A DNA stretch of 64,000 nt from Escherichia coli (GCF_003018235.1 NZ_CP027437.1); one strand, 5' to 3'. Counted from the first letter of the stretch, positions 24,292-36,633 are shown. Program-made: numbers and translations. The notes: a model not told the origin generated them from the sequence alone.

Positions 24292-24675
24292 CTAGCTGTT
24301 GTAATGATTTAATGGATGTAAAAAGCGCGATTCGCCCTGCATATTGGTCATCCGGTATTTATGTGGCGGAACATCAAAGTAATTTTTGAAGGTTCGGGTC
24401 AGAGTTTGTTGCGACTCGAAGCCATATCGTTCTGCCAGATAGAGTATCGGCTCGTTACTTTCCTTCAGCTTTTGCGCGATTTCCGTCATCTTACGGCTGC
24501 GGATGTATTGGCCTAATGAATGACCGGTTTCTTTTTTAAACATCCGTTGCAGGTGCCATTTAGAGTAACCCGAACGCTCTGACACTTTCTCCAGTGACAG
24601 TGGCGATTCCAGGTTGTCCTCGATCCAGTCCAAAATGCTATGAATGGTAATAGCGTCAGTATTGCGTCTGGACAT
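24292..24675 (-). CDS. marA: AraC-family multiple antibiotic resistance activator MarA
   Basis: 127 aa from [31 protein letters not shown]... Confidence 0.95.
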
Positions 24676-24695
24676 CGTCATACCTCTTTTATTGT

Positions 24696-25130
24696 TTACG
24701 GCAGGACTTTCTTAAGCAAATGCTCAAGTGTTGCCACTTCGTCCGCCGTCAGGTTTTTTGTTAATTCTTGATGCAGGTCCTGGCCAACTAATTGATGGCA
24801 TTGTTCACATATTGCCGCGCCGCTGGTGGTAAGTTTTACCAGTACGCCGCGCTTGTCATTCGGGTTCGGCAACCTTTCCACCCAGCCTTTACAGACCAGG
24901 CGATCCAGCATACGGGTCAGCGCCCCCAGGTCGACCGATAACACTTTTTTCAGTTCAACCGGAGTAATACACGCCGCGCAGCGGATAGAGCAGAGCACCT
25001 TAAACTGTGCCGCGGTAATATCCAGCGGAGACAGATACTCGTTAAGCAGGCGATCTTTCTTCTGATTAACCATATGGATTAAGCGACCCAATGGAATAAT
25101 TTCATTGAACAGATCGCTGGTACTTTTCAC
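24696..25130 (-). CDS. marR: Repressor MarR
   Basis: 144 aa, [33 protein letters not shown]... Confidence 0.95.
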
Positions 25131-25341
25131 ATTAGTTGCCCTGGCAAGTAATTAGTTGCAGGGGATAATATTGCCCAGGCAAGTATAAGTCAAATGAATG
25201 AATTGACCGATGCCACGTTTTGCTAAATCGGTTCAAGTTTTGGTCAGTGCGATGCAAGGTTAGCTAAAGAGTGACACTTTATCCTTGTTTACCCCTTATA
25301 CTTTTCGCTGATAACCCAGATACACAGGATAACAACCACCA
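25131..25341. promoter_or_regulatory. marO: divergent marRAB / marC promoter-operator region
   Basis: Intergenic region between divergent marR and marC; function assigned from established knowledge, individual sites not mapped here. Confidence 0.7.
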
Positions 25342-26007
25342 ATGTTAGATTTATTTAAAGCAATTGGCCTGGGGCTGGTGGTGTTACTACCGTTAGCTAA
25401 CCCATTAACAACTGTCGCGTTATTTCTTGGCCTGGCAGGCAACATGAACAGTGCCGAACGTAATCGTCAGTCGTTGATGGCCTCGGTGTACGTCTTTGCC
25501 ATCATGATGGTGGCGTATTACGCCGGGCAATTGGTGATGGATACATTTGGCATTTCGATTCCCGGTCTGCGAATTGCAGGCGGCTTAATCGTCGCGTTTA
25601 TCGGTTTTCGGATGCTCTTTCCGCAACAGAAAGCGATTGATTCACCGGAGGCGAAAAGCAAGTCGGAAGAGCTGGAAGATGAACCCAGTGCCAATATTGC
25701 CTTTGTACCACTGGCAATGCCAAGTACCGCCGGTCCGGGAACCATTGCAATGATTATTAGCTCGGCGTCCACAGTGCGTCAGAGTTCAACCTTCGCTGAT
25801 TGGGTACTGATGGTTGCGCCGCCGCTGATCTTTTTCCTGGTGGCGGTTATTTTGTGGGGAAGTCTACGCAGCTCTGGCGCAATTATGCGGCTGGTGGGTA
25901 AGGGGGGCATTGAAGCGATCTCCCGTCTGATGGGATTCCTGCTGGTATGTATGGGTGTGCAGTTTATTATTAACGGCATCCTGGAAATCATTAAAACGTA
26001 CCATTAA
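25342..26007 (+). CDS. marC: Inner-membrane protein MarC (MarC/UPF0056 family)
   Basis: 221 aa, [30 protein letters not shown]... Confidence 0.9.
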   Translation: MLDLFKAIGLGLVVLLPLANPLTTVALFLGLAGNMNSAERNRQSLMASVYVFAIMMVAYYAGQLVMDTFGISIPGLRIAGGLIVAFIGFRMLFPQQKAIDSPEAKSKSEELEDEPSANIAFVPLAMPSTAGPGTIAMIISSASTVRQSSTFADWVLMVAPPLIFFLVAVILWGSLRSSGAIMRLVGKGGIEAISRLMGFLLVCMGVQFIINGILEIIKTYH

Positions 26008-26029
26008 AAAAGGCCCGAATGGGCCTTTC
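26006..26029. terminator. Bidirectional terminator between marC and sotB
   Basis: AAAAA-AGGCCC-gaat-GGGCCT-TT hairpin. Confidence 0.65.
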
Positions 26030-26031
26030 AA

Positions 26032-27222
26032 CTATTGCGTCTGTTCTTCGAGTGTCACTGGCCAGCGGCGAAATATAATGATTGACCATATTAACGCGGC
26101 AAAAGCAGGCACCGCGCCCACATAACCAATCATCGACATTGACCAGTGCAGACTCACCTGATTACCTACCAACGCACCCGCCCCGATTCCAATATTAAAT
26201 ATCCCGGAGAATAGCGCCATCGCGACGTCGGTGGCATCTGGTGCCAGCGCCAGCACTTTAACCTGCATACCAAGCCCGATGATCATCATCGCGATCCCCC
26301 AGAAAATACTTAGCACCCCGAGGTGTATTTCACTGTTCGCCGCAGGTAGCAGCAGTGCGAGGCACACCAGCAACAACGCAATCGCCGTACTCACCAACGC
26401 AGACGCATACTGATTACCCAGTTTACCGAAAATCACGCTGCCAATAATGCCCGCACCACCGAGTAATAATAGTAATGCCGTGGCAAAGTTGGCGCTGAAT
26501 CCCGCAATGTTTTGCACAAAAGGCTCGATATAGCTGTATGCCGTGTAATGGGCGGTGACAACCACCACAGTTAACAAATAAATGCTCATTAATGCCGGGC
26601 GGCGGAACAATAGCGGGAGGCTTTTCAATGAACCGGAATGCTCACTGGGCAGCAAGGGAAGTAACTTAATCAGGCACAAAAGGGTAATAAACGCCCCGAT
26701 ACCAATCGCGAAGAAGGTCATTCGCCAGCCAAAATACTGCCCCACAATGCGCCCGAGAGGTAAACCTAATACCATCGCCAGTGCAGTACCGGTGGCAATT
26801 AAACTCAATGCCTGTGCTCGCTTCCCGGCCGGAGCCATACGGATCGCCAGAGACGCCGTAATCGACCAGAAAATCGCATGTGCAAAAGCCACACCAATGC
26901 GACTGATCACCAGAACGGTAAAACTCCACGATAAAAACGACAGTACGTGGCTGGCAATAAACACCACAAACAGGCAGATCAGTAATTTGCGCCGTTCAAC
27001 CTGGCTGGTCATTAACATAAAAGGCAATGACATTAGCGCTACTACCCATGCGTAAATGGTCAACATAATGCCGACCTGAGCGGTTTGCATGTGAAAACTT
27101 TGCGCAATGTCAGAGAGCAGGCCAACTGGGACAAATTCGGTGGTGTTGAAGATGAAGGCGGCGACTGCCAGCGTAACGACCCGTAGCCACGCCACTTTGC
27201 GGGAAACAGTGTTTGTTGTCAT
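26032..27222 (-). CDS. sotB: MFS sugar efflux transporter SotB (YdeA)
   Basis: 396 aa, 12-TM MFS protein; synteny next to marC. Confidence 0.9.
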   Translation of the reverse strand: MTTNTVSRKVAWLRVVTLAVAAFIFNTTEFVPVGLLSDIAQSFHMQTAQVGIMLTIYAWVVALMSLPFMLMTSQVERRKLLICLFVVFIASHVLSFLSWSFTVLVISRIGVAFAHAIFWSITASLAIRMAPAGKRAQALSLIATGTALAMVLGLPLGRIVGQYFGWRMTFFAIGIGAFITLLCLIKLLPLLPSEHSGSLKSLPLLFRRPALMSIYLLTVVVVTAHYTAYSYIEPFVQNIAGFSANFATALLLLLGGAGIIGSVIFGKLGNQYASALVSTAIALLLVCLALLLPAANSEIHLGVLSIFWGIAMMIIGLGMQVKVLALAPDATDVAMALFSGIFNIGIGAGALVGNQVSLHWSMSMIGYVGAVPAFAALIWSIIIFRRWPVTLEEQTQ

Positions 27223-27371
27223 AACAGATTATCGGGTGAGTTGCGAAAAAGTGATGAAATGATCTTAAAACGGTTAATGATGTGAATACAATGCATTTGT
27301 GATCTGGATCGCGTTTTCCGTTTCTCTGACGCTGATTCTTTCACGCGTCAGAGAGTCGGTCACATCACTGT

Positions 27372-28487
27372 TTAATGACGTTCAGGGAGGTCTGGCGTTT
27401 TGGCGGTTGCGGGTATAGGTGGTCTGACAGGGGAGCGAGGCCTGTTTTTCACCAGGTCTTCATGAGTAACTTTTGGCGGCGTTTCATTTTTTATAAAAAG
27501 TTTGAGGGTCTTGCGCGCCATATGTTTGATAATTTTATCATCACTTAATGATGCTGGCATCAACACGTCAATCAAATCACTTTCATTGGGATTCATAAAT
27601 TGGTGATAGTGCAATAACATATTGGCGAAAAATAAAAACAAGTCCTGAAAATGTGGAAAATCTTGTTCTGCTAAAATGGATAAAAAGCAGATGCAGACTT
27701 CGGGTAGTACATGTTTGTTAGAACCTAGTGAATCCATCAGACTTTGCAATAAATCCTCTTTTAATTCGCTGTCCGTTATATCGAGAATAGCGGTAAGCAA
27801 GTTAGGTTCTTTATTCCCGAACCATCTGTGAACCTCAGAGTTATTCCATAATCGGGGGAGTATGACAAAATTACCGCGAGAGATAAAATTCAGGACAAGC
27901 AAATCAAACTGGCGTAAGTAATCTGCAGCGGTATGGTGATCCGGATGCAGGGGTTCAATATGTGGCGTATGCGCTCTTTTGATAGGAACGCCAGGGTTGA
28001 TTATTGGGAATTGTTCAATAAAGTCATTCAGAAACAGAAAGAGTACACGCTCGACGCCGGTCTGAAATACGCGCCCCATAGTGACAGGCTTTGGGTTGGG
28101 AGCGCAAAAAATATTAATTTCTCCATCATGGCGGAAATTATCTAAATAAATAGGGCTTAAATTTATTACTACCTGAAATTCAATATTTTCTTTGTGTCTT
28201 CCATTCTTGACGGGATAAGTGAGTTTAAACTGAACCTTTTCATTGTATAGCGTGTCGTTACCCCGAAAAGAAGTCCTCTGAATATATGATAAGTTGTCAA
28301 GGTTATTAAATATCTTTTTTGTGGCTGAGTTGATGTTTAAAGACGTGCGCCACTCTTCATCACATATTATTGTACTTAGCGCATCAATAAAATCCTTTAA
28401 AACTTCTTTTACCTGAGGTGCAATATTACGAACGGGAAAATCATAAGGAAGAGATATGTAATTGCTGATGCTTACTGGCGTAACCAT
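27372..28487 (-). CDS. yneK: Uncharacterised protein YneK
   Basis: 371-aa ORF, visibly AT-rich relative to its neighbours, no recognisable domain motifs. Confidence 0.75.
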   Translation of the reverse strand: MVTPVSISNYISLPYDFPVRNIAPQVKEVLKDFIDALSTIICDEEWRTSLNINSATKKIFNNLDNLSYIQRTSFRGNDTLYNEKVQFKLTYPVKNGRHKENIEFQVVINLSPIYLDNFRHDGEINIFCAPNPKPVTMGRVFQTGVERVLFLFLNDFIEQFPIINPGVPIKRAHTPHIEPLHPDHHTAADYLRQFDLLVLNFISRGNFVILPRLWNNSEVHRWFGNKEPNLLTAILDITDSELKEDLLQSLMDSLGSNKHVLPEVCICFLSILAEQDFPHFQDLFLFFANMLLHYHQFMNPNESDLIDVLMPASLSDDKIIKHMARKTLKLFIKNETPPKVTHEDLVKNRPRSPVRPPIPATAKTPDLPERH

Positions 28488-28570
28488 ATTTGCCCCATAT
28501 AGTCATAAGTCATCGGAGCATCACTATATAGAGCATATTAGCCGCAAGAACTATCAAAAATAGCTCATTG

Positions 28571-29446
28571 CTAACTCTGTTTTGCCGAGTCAGACACATC
28601 CAGTAGTTGAATAAATGCCTCAAGCGGACGCGTTTTCGCACCGCGACGCCAGACCAGCCAGGTTGTTAACCAACGCCATTGCTCAGCTAACGGCCACGCT
28701 TCAACCTGGTGATGCCCCGGCATACTTTCCAGCATAGAGCGTGGAATAAGCGCAATGCCTGCTCCTGCGACCACACAGGCCAACATCCCGTGATACGACT
28801 CCATCTCGTGAATAGTTCCCGGAGCGGCACCGTCAGCATGAAACCAGCTCTCGAAGTGGCGACGATACGAACAATTGGCGCGGAAGGCATAAATGTTACT
28901 GCCATTAACCTGACTGGCACGGGTTACTGGCGCATGTCCTTGTGGCGTGACAATCATCAGCTCCTCGCGGTACACCGGTATCCCGTCAATGGCAGTATGG
29001 TTAATGGGCCCATCAATAAACGCCGCATTCAGTTTTCCCTCCAGCACCCCTTCCAGCATAGTGCCGGAAGGGCCGGTGGAAAGTGAAAACTGAATTTTGG
29101 GATAACGACGGTTAAATTCCGCCAGCGTGGCCGGAATGCGCACTGCTGCGGTGCTTTCCAGCGAACCAAGAGAAAATAAACCTTGCGGCTCATCGCCAGC
29201 GACAATGCTCCGCGCTTCATCCACTAATGCGAGAATTTGTTGGCTATAGCGTAAAAAGTTATGCCCGGCAGGCGAGAGACGTAAACGCTGATTCTCGCGA
29301 ATAAACAGATCAACCCCCAGTTCTGTTTCCAGCTGGCGTAGACGGGTAGTGAGATTCGACGGCACGCGATGCACTTTTGCTGCAGCCTGGGTTATGCTGC
29401 CAGCTTCGGCAACCGCGTTGAACATCTCCAGTTGGGTCAGATCCAT
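28571..29446 (-). CDS. yneJ: LysR-family transcriptional regulator YneJ
   Basis: N-terminal HTH ([40 protein letters not shown]) and LysR substrate-binding domain. Confidence 0.9.
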   Translation of the reverse strand: MDLTQLEMFNAVAEAGSITQAAAKVHRVPSNLTTRLRQLETELGVDLFIRENQRLRLSPAGHNFLRYSQQILALVDEARSIVAGDEPQGLFSLGSLESTAAVRIPATLAEFNRRYPKIQFSLSTGPSGTMLEGVLEGKLNAAFIDGPINHTAIDGIPVYREELMIVTPQGHAPVTRASQVNGSNIYAFRANCSYRRHFESWFHADGAAPGTIHEMESYHGMLACVVAGAGIALIPRSMLESMPGHHQVEAWPLAEQWRWLTTWLVWRRGAKTRPLEAFIQLLDVSDSAKQS

Positions 29447-29546
29447 AATATTCTCGATTCGTGAATAAGTGGCTTAATATTATTCATTTTAAAGCAAGAG
29501 TAAATCTGCGTATCTTCATACAATGACTCATAAAGGAGATACCCCG

Positions 29547-30935
29547 ATGACCATTACTCCGGAAACTCATGCAATTTCGATAAATCCTGCCACCGGTGAA
29601 CAACTTTCTGTGCTGCCGTGGGCTGGCGCTGACGATATCGAAAACGCACTACAGCTGGCGGCAGCTGGCTTTCGCGACTGGCGCGAGACAAATATAGATT
29701 ATCGTGCTGAAAAACTGCGTGATATCGGTAAGGCTCTGCGTGTCCGTAGCGAAGAAATGGCGCAAATGATCACCCGTGAAATGGGCAAACCAATCAACCA
29801 GGCGCGCGCTGAAGTGGCGAAATCGGCGAATTTGTGTGACTGGTATGCAGAACATGGTCCGGCAATGCTGAAGGCGGAACCTACGCTGGTGGAAAATCAG
29901 CAGGCAGTTATTGAGTATCGACCGTTGGGGACAATTCTGGCGATTATGCCGTGGAATTTTCCGTTATGGCAGGTGATGCGTGGCGCGGTTCCCATCATTC
30001 TTGCAGGTAACGGCTACTTACTTAAACATGCGCCGAATGTGATGGGCTGTGCACAGCTCATTGCCCAGGTGTTTAAAGATGCGGGTATCCCACAAGGCGT
30101 ATATGGCTGGCTGAATGCCGACAACGACGGCGTCAGTCAGATGATTAAAGACTCGCGCATTGCTGCTGTCACGGTGACCGGAAGTGTTCGTGCGGGAGCG
30201 GCTATTGGCGCACAGGCTGGAGCGGCACTGAAAAAATGCGTACTGGAACTGGGCGGTTCGGATCCATTTATTGTGCTTAACGATGCCGATCTGGAACTGG
30301 CGGTTAAAGCGGCGGTAGCCGGACGTTATCAGAATACCGGACAGGTTTGTGCAGCGGCAAAACGCTTTATCATCGAAGAGGGAATTGCTTCGGCATTTAC
30401 CGAACGTTTTGTGGCAGCTGCGGCAGCCTTGAAAATGGGCGATCCCCGTGACGAAGAGAACACTCTCGGACCAATGGCTCGTTTTGATTTACGTGATGAG
30501 CTGCATCATCAGGTGGAGAAAACCCTGGCGCAGGGTGCACGTTTGTTACTGGGCGGGGAAAAGATGGCTGGGGCAGGTAACTACTATCCGCCAACGGTTC
30601 TGGCGAATGTTACCCCAGAAATGACCGCGTTTCGGGAAGAAATGTTTGGCCCCGTTGCGGCAATCACGATTGCGAAAGATGCAGAACATGCACTGGAACT
30701 GGCTAATGATAGCGAGTTCGGCCTTTCAGCGACCATTTTTACCACTGACGAAACACAGGCCGGACAGATGGCGGCACGTCTGGAATGCGGTGGGGTGTTT
30801 ATCAATGGTTATTGTGCCAGCGACGCGCGAGTGGCCTTTGGTGGCGTGAAAAAGAGTGGCTTTGGTCGTGAGCTTTCCCATTTCGGCTTACACGAATTCT
30901 GTAATATCCAGACGGTGTGGAAAGACCGGATCTGA
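29547..30935 (+). CDS. sad: NAD(P)-dependent succinate-semialdehyde dehydrogenase Sad (YneI)
   Basis: 462 aa from [19 protein letters not shown]...; aldehyde dehydrogenase catalytic motifs (ELGGSDP; catalytic Cys in GQVCAAAKR); AAAGGAG RBS. Confidence 0.9.
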   Translation: MTITPETHAISINPATGEQLSVLPWAGADDIENALQLAAAGFRDWRETNIDYRAEKLRDIGKALRVRSEEMAQMITREMGKPINQARAEVAKSANLCDWYAEHGPAMLKAEPTLVENQQAVIEYRPLGTILAIMPWNFPLWQVMRGAVPIILAGNGYLLKHAPNVMGCAQLIAQVFKDAGIPQGVYGWLNADNDGVSQMIKDSRIAAVTVTGSVRAGAAIGAQAGAALKKCVLELGGSDPFIVLNDADLELAVKAAVAGRYQNTGQVCAAAKRFIIEEGIASAFTERFVAAAAALKMGDPRDEENTLGPMARFDLRDELHHQVEKTLAQGARLLLGGEKMAGAGNYYPPTVLANVTPEMTAFREEMFGPVAAITIAKDAEHALELANDSEFGLSATIFTTDETQAGQMAARLECGGVFINGYCASDARVAFGGVKKSGFGRELSHFGLHEFCNIQTVWKDRI

Positions 30936-30998
30936 CGCTACATATTCAGCTCTGATATACTCGCAGGTCTTTTCAGACCTGCGGTCCAGGAGTAGAAA

Positions 30999-31925
30999 GT
31001 GGCAGTCGCCATGGATAATGCAATTTTAGAAAACATCTTGCGGCAAGTGCGGCCGCTCATTGGTCAGGGTAAAGTCGCGGATTATATTCCGGCGCTGGCT
31101 ACGGTAGACGGTTCCCGATTGGGCATTGCTATCTGTACCGTTGACGGACAGCTTTTTCAGGCCGGAGACGCGCAAGAACGTTTTTCCATTCAGTCTATTT
31201 CCAAAGTGCTGAGTCTCGTTGTCGCCATGCGTCATTACTCCGAAGAGGAAATCTGGCAACGCGTCGGCAAAGATCCGTCTGGATCACCGTTCAATTCTTT
31301 AGTGCAACTGGAAATGGAGCAGGGTATTCCGCGTAATCCGTTTATTAATGCCGGTGCGCTGGTGGTCTGCGATATGTTGCAAGGGCGATTAAGCGCTCCT
31401 CGGCAACGTATGCTGGAAGTCGTGCGCGGCTTAAGCGGTGTGTCTGATATTTCCTACGATACGGTGGTAGCGCGTTCCGAATTTGAACACTCCGCGCGAA
31501 ATGCGGCTATCGCCTGGCTGATGAAGTCGTTTGGCAATTTCCATCATGACGTGACAACCGTTCTGCAAAACTACTTTCATTACTGCGCTCTGAAAATGAG
31601 CTGTGTAGAGCTGGCCCGGACGTTTGTCTTTCTGGCTAATCAGGGGAAAGCTATTCATATTGATGAACCTGTGGTGACGCCAATGCAGGCGCGGCAAATT
31701 AACGCACTGATGGCGACCAGTGGTATGTACCAGAACGCGGGGGAGTTTGCCTGGCGGGTGGGACTACCGGCGAAATCTGGCGTTGGTGGCGGTATTGTGG
31801 CGATTGTTCCGCATGAAATGGCCATCGCAGTCTGGAGCCCGGAACTGGATGATGCCGGTAACTCGCTTGCGGGCATTGCTGTCCTTGAACAATTGACGAA
31901 ACAACTAGGGCGTTCGGTTTATTAA
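30999..31925 (+). CDS. glsB: Glutaminase 2 GlsB (YneH)
   Basis: 308 aa, serine-dependent glutaminase family; GTG start with an AGGAG RBS. Confidence 0.9.
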   Translation: MAVAMDNAILENILRQVRPLIGQGKVADYIPALATVDGSRLGIAICTVDGQLFQAGDAQERFSIQSISKVLSLVVAMRHYSEEEIWQRVGKDPSGSPFNSLVQLEMEQGIPRNPFINAGALVVCDMLQGRLSAPRQRMLEVVRGLSGVSDISYDTVVARSEFEHSARNAAIAWLMKSFGNFHHDVTTVLQNYFHYCALKMSCVELARTFVFLANQGKAIHIDEPVVTPMQARQINALMATSGMYQNAGEFAWRVGLPAKSGVGGGIVAIVPHEMAIAVWSPELDDAGNSLAGIAVLEQLTKQLGRSVY

Positions 31926-32284
31926 TGCAGTCTCTCGATCCACTCTTCGCGCGTTTATCCCGTTCAAAATTTCGCTCTCGGTTTCGTTTGGGCATGAAAG
32001 AGCGTCAGTATTGTCTGGAGAAAGGCGCGCCAGTCATCGAACAACATGCGGCGGATTTTGTCGCTAAACGTCTTGCTCCGGCATTACCGACTAATGACGG
32101 TAAGCAAACCCCCATGCGCGGGCATCCGGTGTTTATCGCTCAGCACGCCACTGCAACCTGTTGTCGCGGTTGTCTGGCTAAGTGGCATAACATTCCGCAG
32201 GGTGTTTCGTTAAGCGAGGAACAACAACGTTATATCGTGGCGGTAATCTATCACTGGTTGGTTATACAGATGAATCAGCCATGA
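31925..32284 (+). CDS. yneG: Uncharacterised protein YneG (DUF4186-like)
   Basis: 119 aa; start overlaps the glsB stop (TAATG). Confidence 0.8.
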   Translation: MQSLDPLFARLSRSKFRSRFRLGMKERQYCLEKGAPVIEQHAADFVAKRLAPALPTNDGKQTPMRGHPVFIAQHATATCCRGCLAKWHNIPQGVSLSEEQQRYIVAVIYHWLVIQMNQP

Positions 32285-32422
32285 TAATTGCGGAAAACGA
32301 TAAAATAGCATTCCCAGGATATCTTTATTTGCCGCCGCTGTCAGCGAACATGCTATCCTTTATAAGAATTTACTTATTACGTTGAGATAATTGCCACCCG
32401 CAATTGTATGGACAGATAATTA

Positions 32423-33841
32423 ATGCATGTACAGCCCATTTCAACTTTCCGTTTGTTCCAGGAAGGTCATCTGCTACGTAATAGCATCGCTATTTTTGCG
32501 CTAACCACGCTGTTCTATTTTATTGGTGCAGAGTTACGGCTGGTTCACGAACTTTCTCTTTTCTGGCCGCTGAATGGCGTAATGGCGGGGGTGTTTGCCC
32601 GCTATGTCTGGCTTAATCGACTGCATTACTATGCGATCAGTTATGTGGCAATGCTGGTTTATGATGCCATAACCACCGAATGGGGGCTGGTTTCACTGGC
32701 TATCAATTTCTCCAATATGATGTTTATTGTTACCGTCGCCTTACTGGTCGCGCGGGATAAGCGTCTGGGGAAAAATAAGTACGAGCCAGTAAGTGCCTTA
32801 CGGCTATTTAATTACTGTCTGATTGCCGCATTATTATGCGCTATTGTCGGGGCGATTGGTTCGGTCAGTATTGATAGTCTGGATTTCTGGCCTTTGCTTG
32901 CCGACTGGTTCAGTGAGCAATTCTCAACGGGCGTGTTGATAGTGCCTTGTATGCTGACGTTGGCAATTCCTGGAGTGCTGCCGCGCTTTAAAGCAGAACA
33001 GATGATGCCCGCTATCGCGCTTATTGTGTCGGTTATTGCCTCGGTAGTCATTGGCGGAGCGGGGAGTCTGGCGTTCCCGCTGCCTGCATTAATCTGGTGT
33101 GCAGTGCGCTATACGCCGCAGGTAACATGTCTGTTGACCTTTGTCACCGGTGCGGTGGAAATCGTACTGGTGGCAAATTCGGTGATTGATATCTCGGTCG
33201 GTTCGCCATTCTCCATTCCAGAAATGTTCTCCGCACGTCTCGGTATTGCCACGATGGCGATATGCCCAATTATGGTTTCTTTTAGCGTGGCAGCGATCAA
33301 TTCGCTAATGAAGCAAGTTGCGCTGCGAGCCGACTTTGATTTTCTGACTCAGGTTTACTCACGGTCCGGTCTTTATGAGGCGCTGAAAAGTCCATCGCTG
33401 AAACAGACACAACATCTGACTGTCATGCTGCTTGATATCGACTATTTCAAAAGTATTAACGATAACTATGGACATGAATGTGGCGATAAAGTGTTAAGCG
33501 TGTTTGCAAGGCATATTCAGAAGATTGTCGGTGATAAGGGGCTGGTGGCACGAATGGGCGGCGAAGAATTTGCTGTTGCAGTGCCATCGGTGAATCCTGT
33601 CGATGGTCTGCTAATGGCGGAAAAAATCCGTAAAGGCGTTGAACTGCAACCGTTCACCTGGCAACAAAAAACGCTTTATCTCACGGTAAGTATTGGCGTC
33701 GGTAGTGGTCGCGCATCGTACCGAACGCTGACCGATGACTTTAATAAATTGATGGTCGAAGCCGATACGTGTCTGTATCGCTCGAAGAAAGATGGGCGCA
33801 ACCGTACCAGCACTATGTGTTACGGTGAGGAAGTTGTCTGA
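32423..33841 (+). CDS. dgcF: Membrane-anchored diguanylate cyclase DgcF (YneF): N-terminal multi-TM sensor domain plus GGDEF
   Basis: 472 aa; hydrophobic N-terminal half; GGEEF motif. Confidence 0.85.
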   Translation: MHVQPISTFRLFQEGHLLRNSIAIFALTTLFYFIGAELRLVHELSLFWPLNGVMAGVFARYVWLNRLHYYAISYVAMLVYDAITTEWGLVSLAINFSNMMFIVTVALLVARDKRLGKNKYEPVSALRLFNYCLIAALLCAIVGAIGSVSIDSLDFWPLLADWFSEQFSTGVLIVPCMLTLAIPGVLPRFKAEQMMPAIALIVSVIASVVIGGAGSLAFPLPALIWCAVRYTPQVTCLLTFVTGAVEIVLVANSVIDISVGSPFSIPEMFSARLGIATMAICPIMVSFSVAAINSLMKQVALRADFDFLTQVYSRSGLYEALKSPSLKQTQHLTVMLLDIDYFKSINDNYGHECGDKVLSVFARHIQKIVGDKGLVARMGGEEFAVAVPSVNPVDGLLMAEKIRKGVELQPFTWQQKTLYLTVSIGVGSGRASYRTLTDDFNKLMVEADTCLYRSKKDGRNRTSTMCYGEEVV

Positions 33842-34067
33842 CATCTTTATTCATTCAGAGCGATTTAAATGCAATGTGTTCTACCACTTTATGATCCAAG
33901 AAAAGGCGTTTTTCCTCGATTAAACCATGATCCGCGCCACACTTTTCTCATAAAACTGCTCATTAATCATCAGGAGTTGATCAAAACAGGGGTTCGGCGT
34001 ATTAAAGTTTGCTAACCTGTCGTACCAATTCAAACAGGTTGTATGACTAATCAGAAGGGAACCCATT

Positions 34068-35519
34068 GTGAAAACACTAAATCGTCGCGATTTTCCCGGT
34101 GCACAGTATCCAGAACGTATCATTCAGTTTGGTGAAGGTAACTTCCTGCGCGCCTTTGTTGACTGGCAAATCGATCTCCTGAATGAGCACACCGATCTGA
34201 ATTCTGGCGTGGTCGTTGTTCGTCCGATTGAAACTTCATTCCCGCCGTCACTGAGCACGCAGGATGGTCTGTATACCACCATTATCCGTGGCCTGAATGA
34301 GAAGGGTGAAGCGGTCAGCGACGCGCGTCTGATTCGCTCGGTTAATCGTGAAATCAGCGTCTACAGTGAATACGATGAATTCCTGAAACTGGCGCATAAC
34401 CCGGAAATGCGCTTTGTTTTCTCTAACACCACCGAAGCGGGTATCAGCTACCATGCGGGCGATAAATTCGATGACGCGCCAGCGGTAAGTTATCCGGCAA
34501 AACTGACCCGTCTGCTGTTCGAACGTTTTAGCCATTTCAACGGTGCGCTGGATAAAGGTTGGATCATCATCCCGTGTGAGTTGATCGACTACAATGGCGA
34601 CGCGTTGCGTGAACTTGTGCTGCGCTATGCGCAAGAGTGGGCACTACCAGAAGCATTTATTCAATGGCTGGATCAGGCTAACAGCTTCTGTTCTACGCTG
34701 GTGGACCGTATCGTTACCGGCTATCCGCGTGATGAAGTGGCTAAACTGGAAGAAGAACTGGGTTATCACGATGGTTTCCTCGACACCGCTGAACACTTTT
34801 ACCTGTTTGTGATTCAGGGGCCGAAATCCTTAGCGACTGAGCTGTGCCTGGACAAATATCCACTCAACGTGCTGATTGTTGACGATATTAAACCGTACAA
34901 AGAACGCAAAGTGGCAATCCTCAACGGTGCGCACACCGCGCTGGTGCCGGTGGCGTTCCAGGCAGGGCTGGATACCGTAGGTGAAGCGATGAACGATGCT
35001 GAAATTTGCGCATTCGTTGAAAAAGCCATCTACGAAGAAATTATTCCGGTACTGGATTTGCCTCGTGATGAACTGGAATCTTTCGCCAGTGCAGTCACCG
35101 GACGTTTCCGTAACCCGTACATCAAACATCAGTTGCTATCTATCGCCCTCAACGGTATGACCAAGTTCCGCACCCGCATCCTGCCGCAACTGCTGGCAGG
35201 GCAGAAGGCAAACGGCACACTTCCGGCGCGCCTGACTTTCGCATTAGCGGCATTGATTGCGTTTTATCGCGGTGAGCGTAATGGAGAAACATATCCGGTA
35301 CAGGACGATGCACACTGGCTGGAACGTTATCAGCAACTCTGGAGCCAGCATCGTGACCGTGTTATCGGTACCCAGGAACTGGTAGCGATTGTGTTGGCAG
35401 AAAAAGACCACTGGGAGCAGGACCTGACGCAAGTGCCTGGTCTGGTCGAGCAGGTGGCTAATGACCTGGATGTGATTCTCGAAAAAGGAATGCGCGAAGC
35501 TGTACGTCCGTTGTGCTAA
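34068..35519 (+). CDS. uxaB: Altronate oxidoreductase (tagaturonate reductase) UxaB
   Basis: 483 aa, [30 protein letters not shown]...; GTG start with RBS. Confidence 0.95.
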   Translation: MKTLNRRDFPGAQYPERIIQFGEGNFLRAFVDWQIDLLNEHTDLNSGVVVVRPIETSFPPSLSTQDGLYTTIIRGLNEKGEAVSDARLIRSVNREISVYSEYDEFLKLAHNPEMRFVFSNTTEAGISYHAGDKFDDAPAVSYPAKLTRLLFERFSHFNGALDKGWIIIPCELIDYNGDALRELVLRYAQEWALPEAFIQWLDQANSFCSTLVDRIVTGYPRDEVAKLEEELGYHDGFLDTAEHFYLFVIQGPKSLATELCLDKYPLNVLIVDDIKPYKERKVAILNGAHTALVPVAFQAGLDTVGEAMNDAEICAFVEKAIYEEIIPVLDLPRDELESFASAVTGRFRNPYIKHQLLSIALNGMTKFRTRILPQLLAGQKANGTLPARLTFALAALIAFYRGERNGETYPVQDDAHWLERYQQLWSQHRDRVIGTQELVAIVLAEKDHWEQDLTQVPGLVEQVANDLDVILEKGMREAVRPLC

Positions 35520-35526
35520 TACCCTG

Positions 35527-35554
35527 AACCCGGTTTCGACCGGGTTTCTTATTT
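35527..35554 (+). terminator. Intrinsic terminator after uxaB
   Basis: AACCCGG / CCGGGTT stem followed by TCTTATTT. Confidence 0.7.
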
Positions 35555-35715
35555 CACTATATTAGTTACAACATCCTATGTGCCTTAACCATTAACGGGT
35601 GCCATATGCCACACCTGTATATGTTGTAAGCTTGTAGGTAATTTGTAAGTAGTGTCTTGAGAATGTGATCGTAATCACGTTTAATAGGGCGACTTTTCCA
35701 AGCCTGAAGATAACC

Positions 35716-36630
35716 ATGATTGTTCGTCCACAACAACACTGGCTGCGCCGTATTTTTGTCTGGCACGGTTCAGTATTATCCAAGATATCCTCGCGCTTAC
35801 TACTCAATTTTCTCTTTTCTATCGCTGTTATTTTCATGCTGCCCTGGTACACGCATCTGGGCATCAAATTCACCCTCGCACCGTTCAGCATTCTCGGTGT
35901 CGCCATCGCCATTTTTCTTGGTTTTCGTAATAATGCCGGGTACGCCCGTTACGTTGAAGCGCGAAAACTTTGGGGGCAGTTGATGATTGCCTCACGGTCG
36001 TTACTGCGGGAGGTAAAAACGACATTGCCAGATTCGGCAAGTGTAAGGGAGTTTGCCCGGCTGCAAATCGCCTTCGCTCACTGTTTACGCATGACATTAC
36101 GCAAACAACCACAGGCGGAAGTGCTGGCTCAATATCTCAAGACGGAAGATCTTCAGCGTGTACTGGCTTCGAACTCTCCAGCTAACCGTATCTTGTTAAT
36201 AATGGGGGAGTGGTTGGCGGTTCAGCGCCGCAATGGACAGCTTTCAGATATCCTGTTTATTAGCCTCAACGATCGGCTTAATGATATTTCAGCGGTTCTG
36301 GCAGGCTGCGAGCGCATTGCCTATACGCCAATTCCCTTTGCCTACACCCTGATTTTGCATCGTACCGTTTATCTGTTTTGTATCATGCTGCCGTTCGCGC
36401 TGGTCGTGGACCTGCATTACATGACGCCTTTTATCTCTGTGCTGATTTCCTACACTTTTATTTCGCTGGATTGTCTGGCGGAAGAACTGGAAGATCCGTT
36501 CGGTACTGAAAACAATGATTTACCGCTGGATGCCATCTGCAACGCTATTGAAATTGACCTGTTACAGATGAACGATGAAACAGAAATTCCAGCAAAAATT
36601 CTTCCCGATCGTCATTACCAGCTGACGTAA
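35716..36630 (+). CDS. yneE: Bestrophin-family membrane protein YneE
   Basis: 304 aa from MIVRPQQHWLRRIFVWHGSVL... Confidence 0.85.
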   Translation: MIVRPQQHWLRRIFVWHGSVLSKISSRLLLNFLFSIAVIFMLPWYTHLGIKFTLAPFSILGVAIAIFLGFRNNAGYARYVEARKLWGQLMIASRSLLREVKTTLPDSASVREFARLQIAFAHCLRMTLRKQPQAEVLAQYLKTEDLQRVLASNSPANRILLIMGEWLAVQRRNGQLSDILFISLNDRLNDISAVLAGCERIAYTPIPFAYTLILHRTVYLFCIMLPFALVVDLHYMTPFISVLISYTFISLDCLAEELEDPFGTENNDLPLDAICNAIEIDLLQMNDETEIPAKILPDRHYQLT

Positions 36631-36633
36631 TAT

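Noticed and set aside
26582-27055. 157-aa plus-strand ORF inside sotB
   Set aside because: Antisense to the sotB frame, which has clear MFS character.
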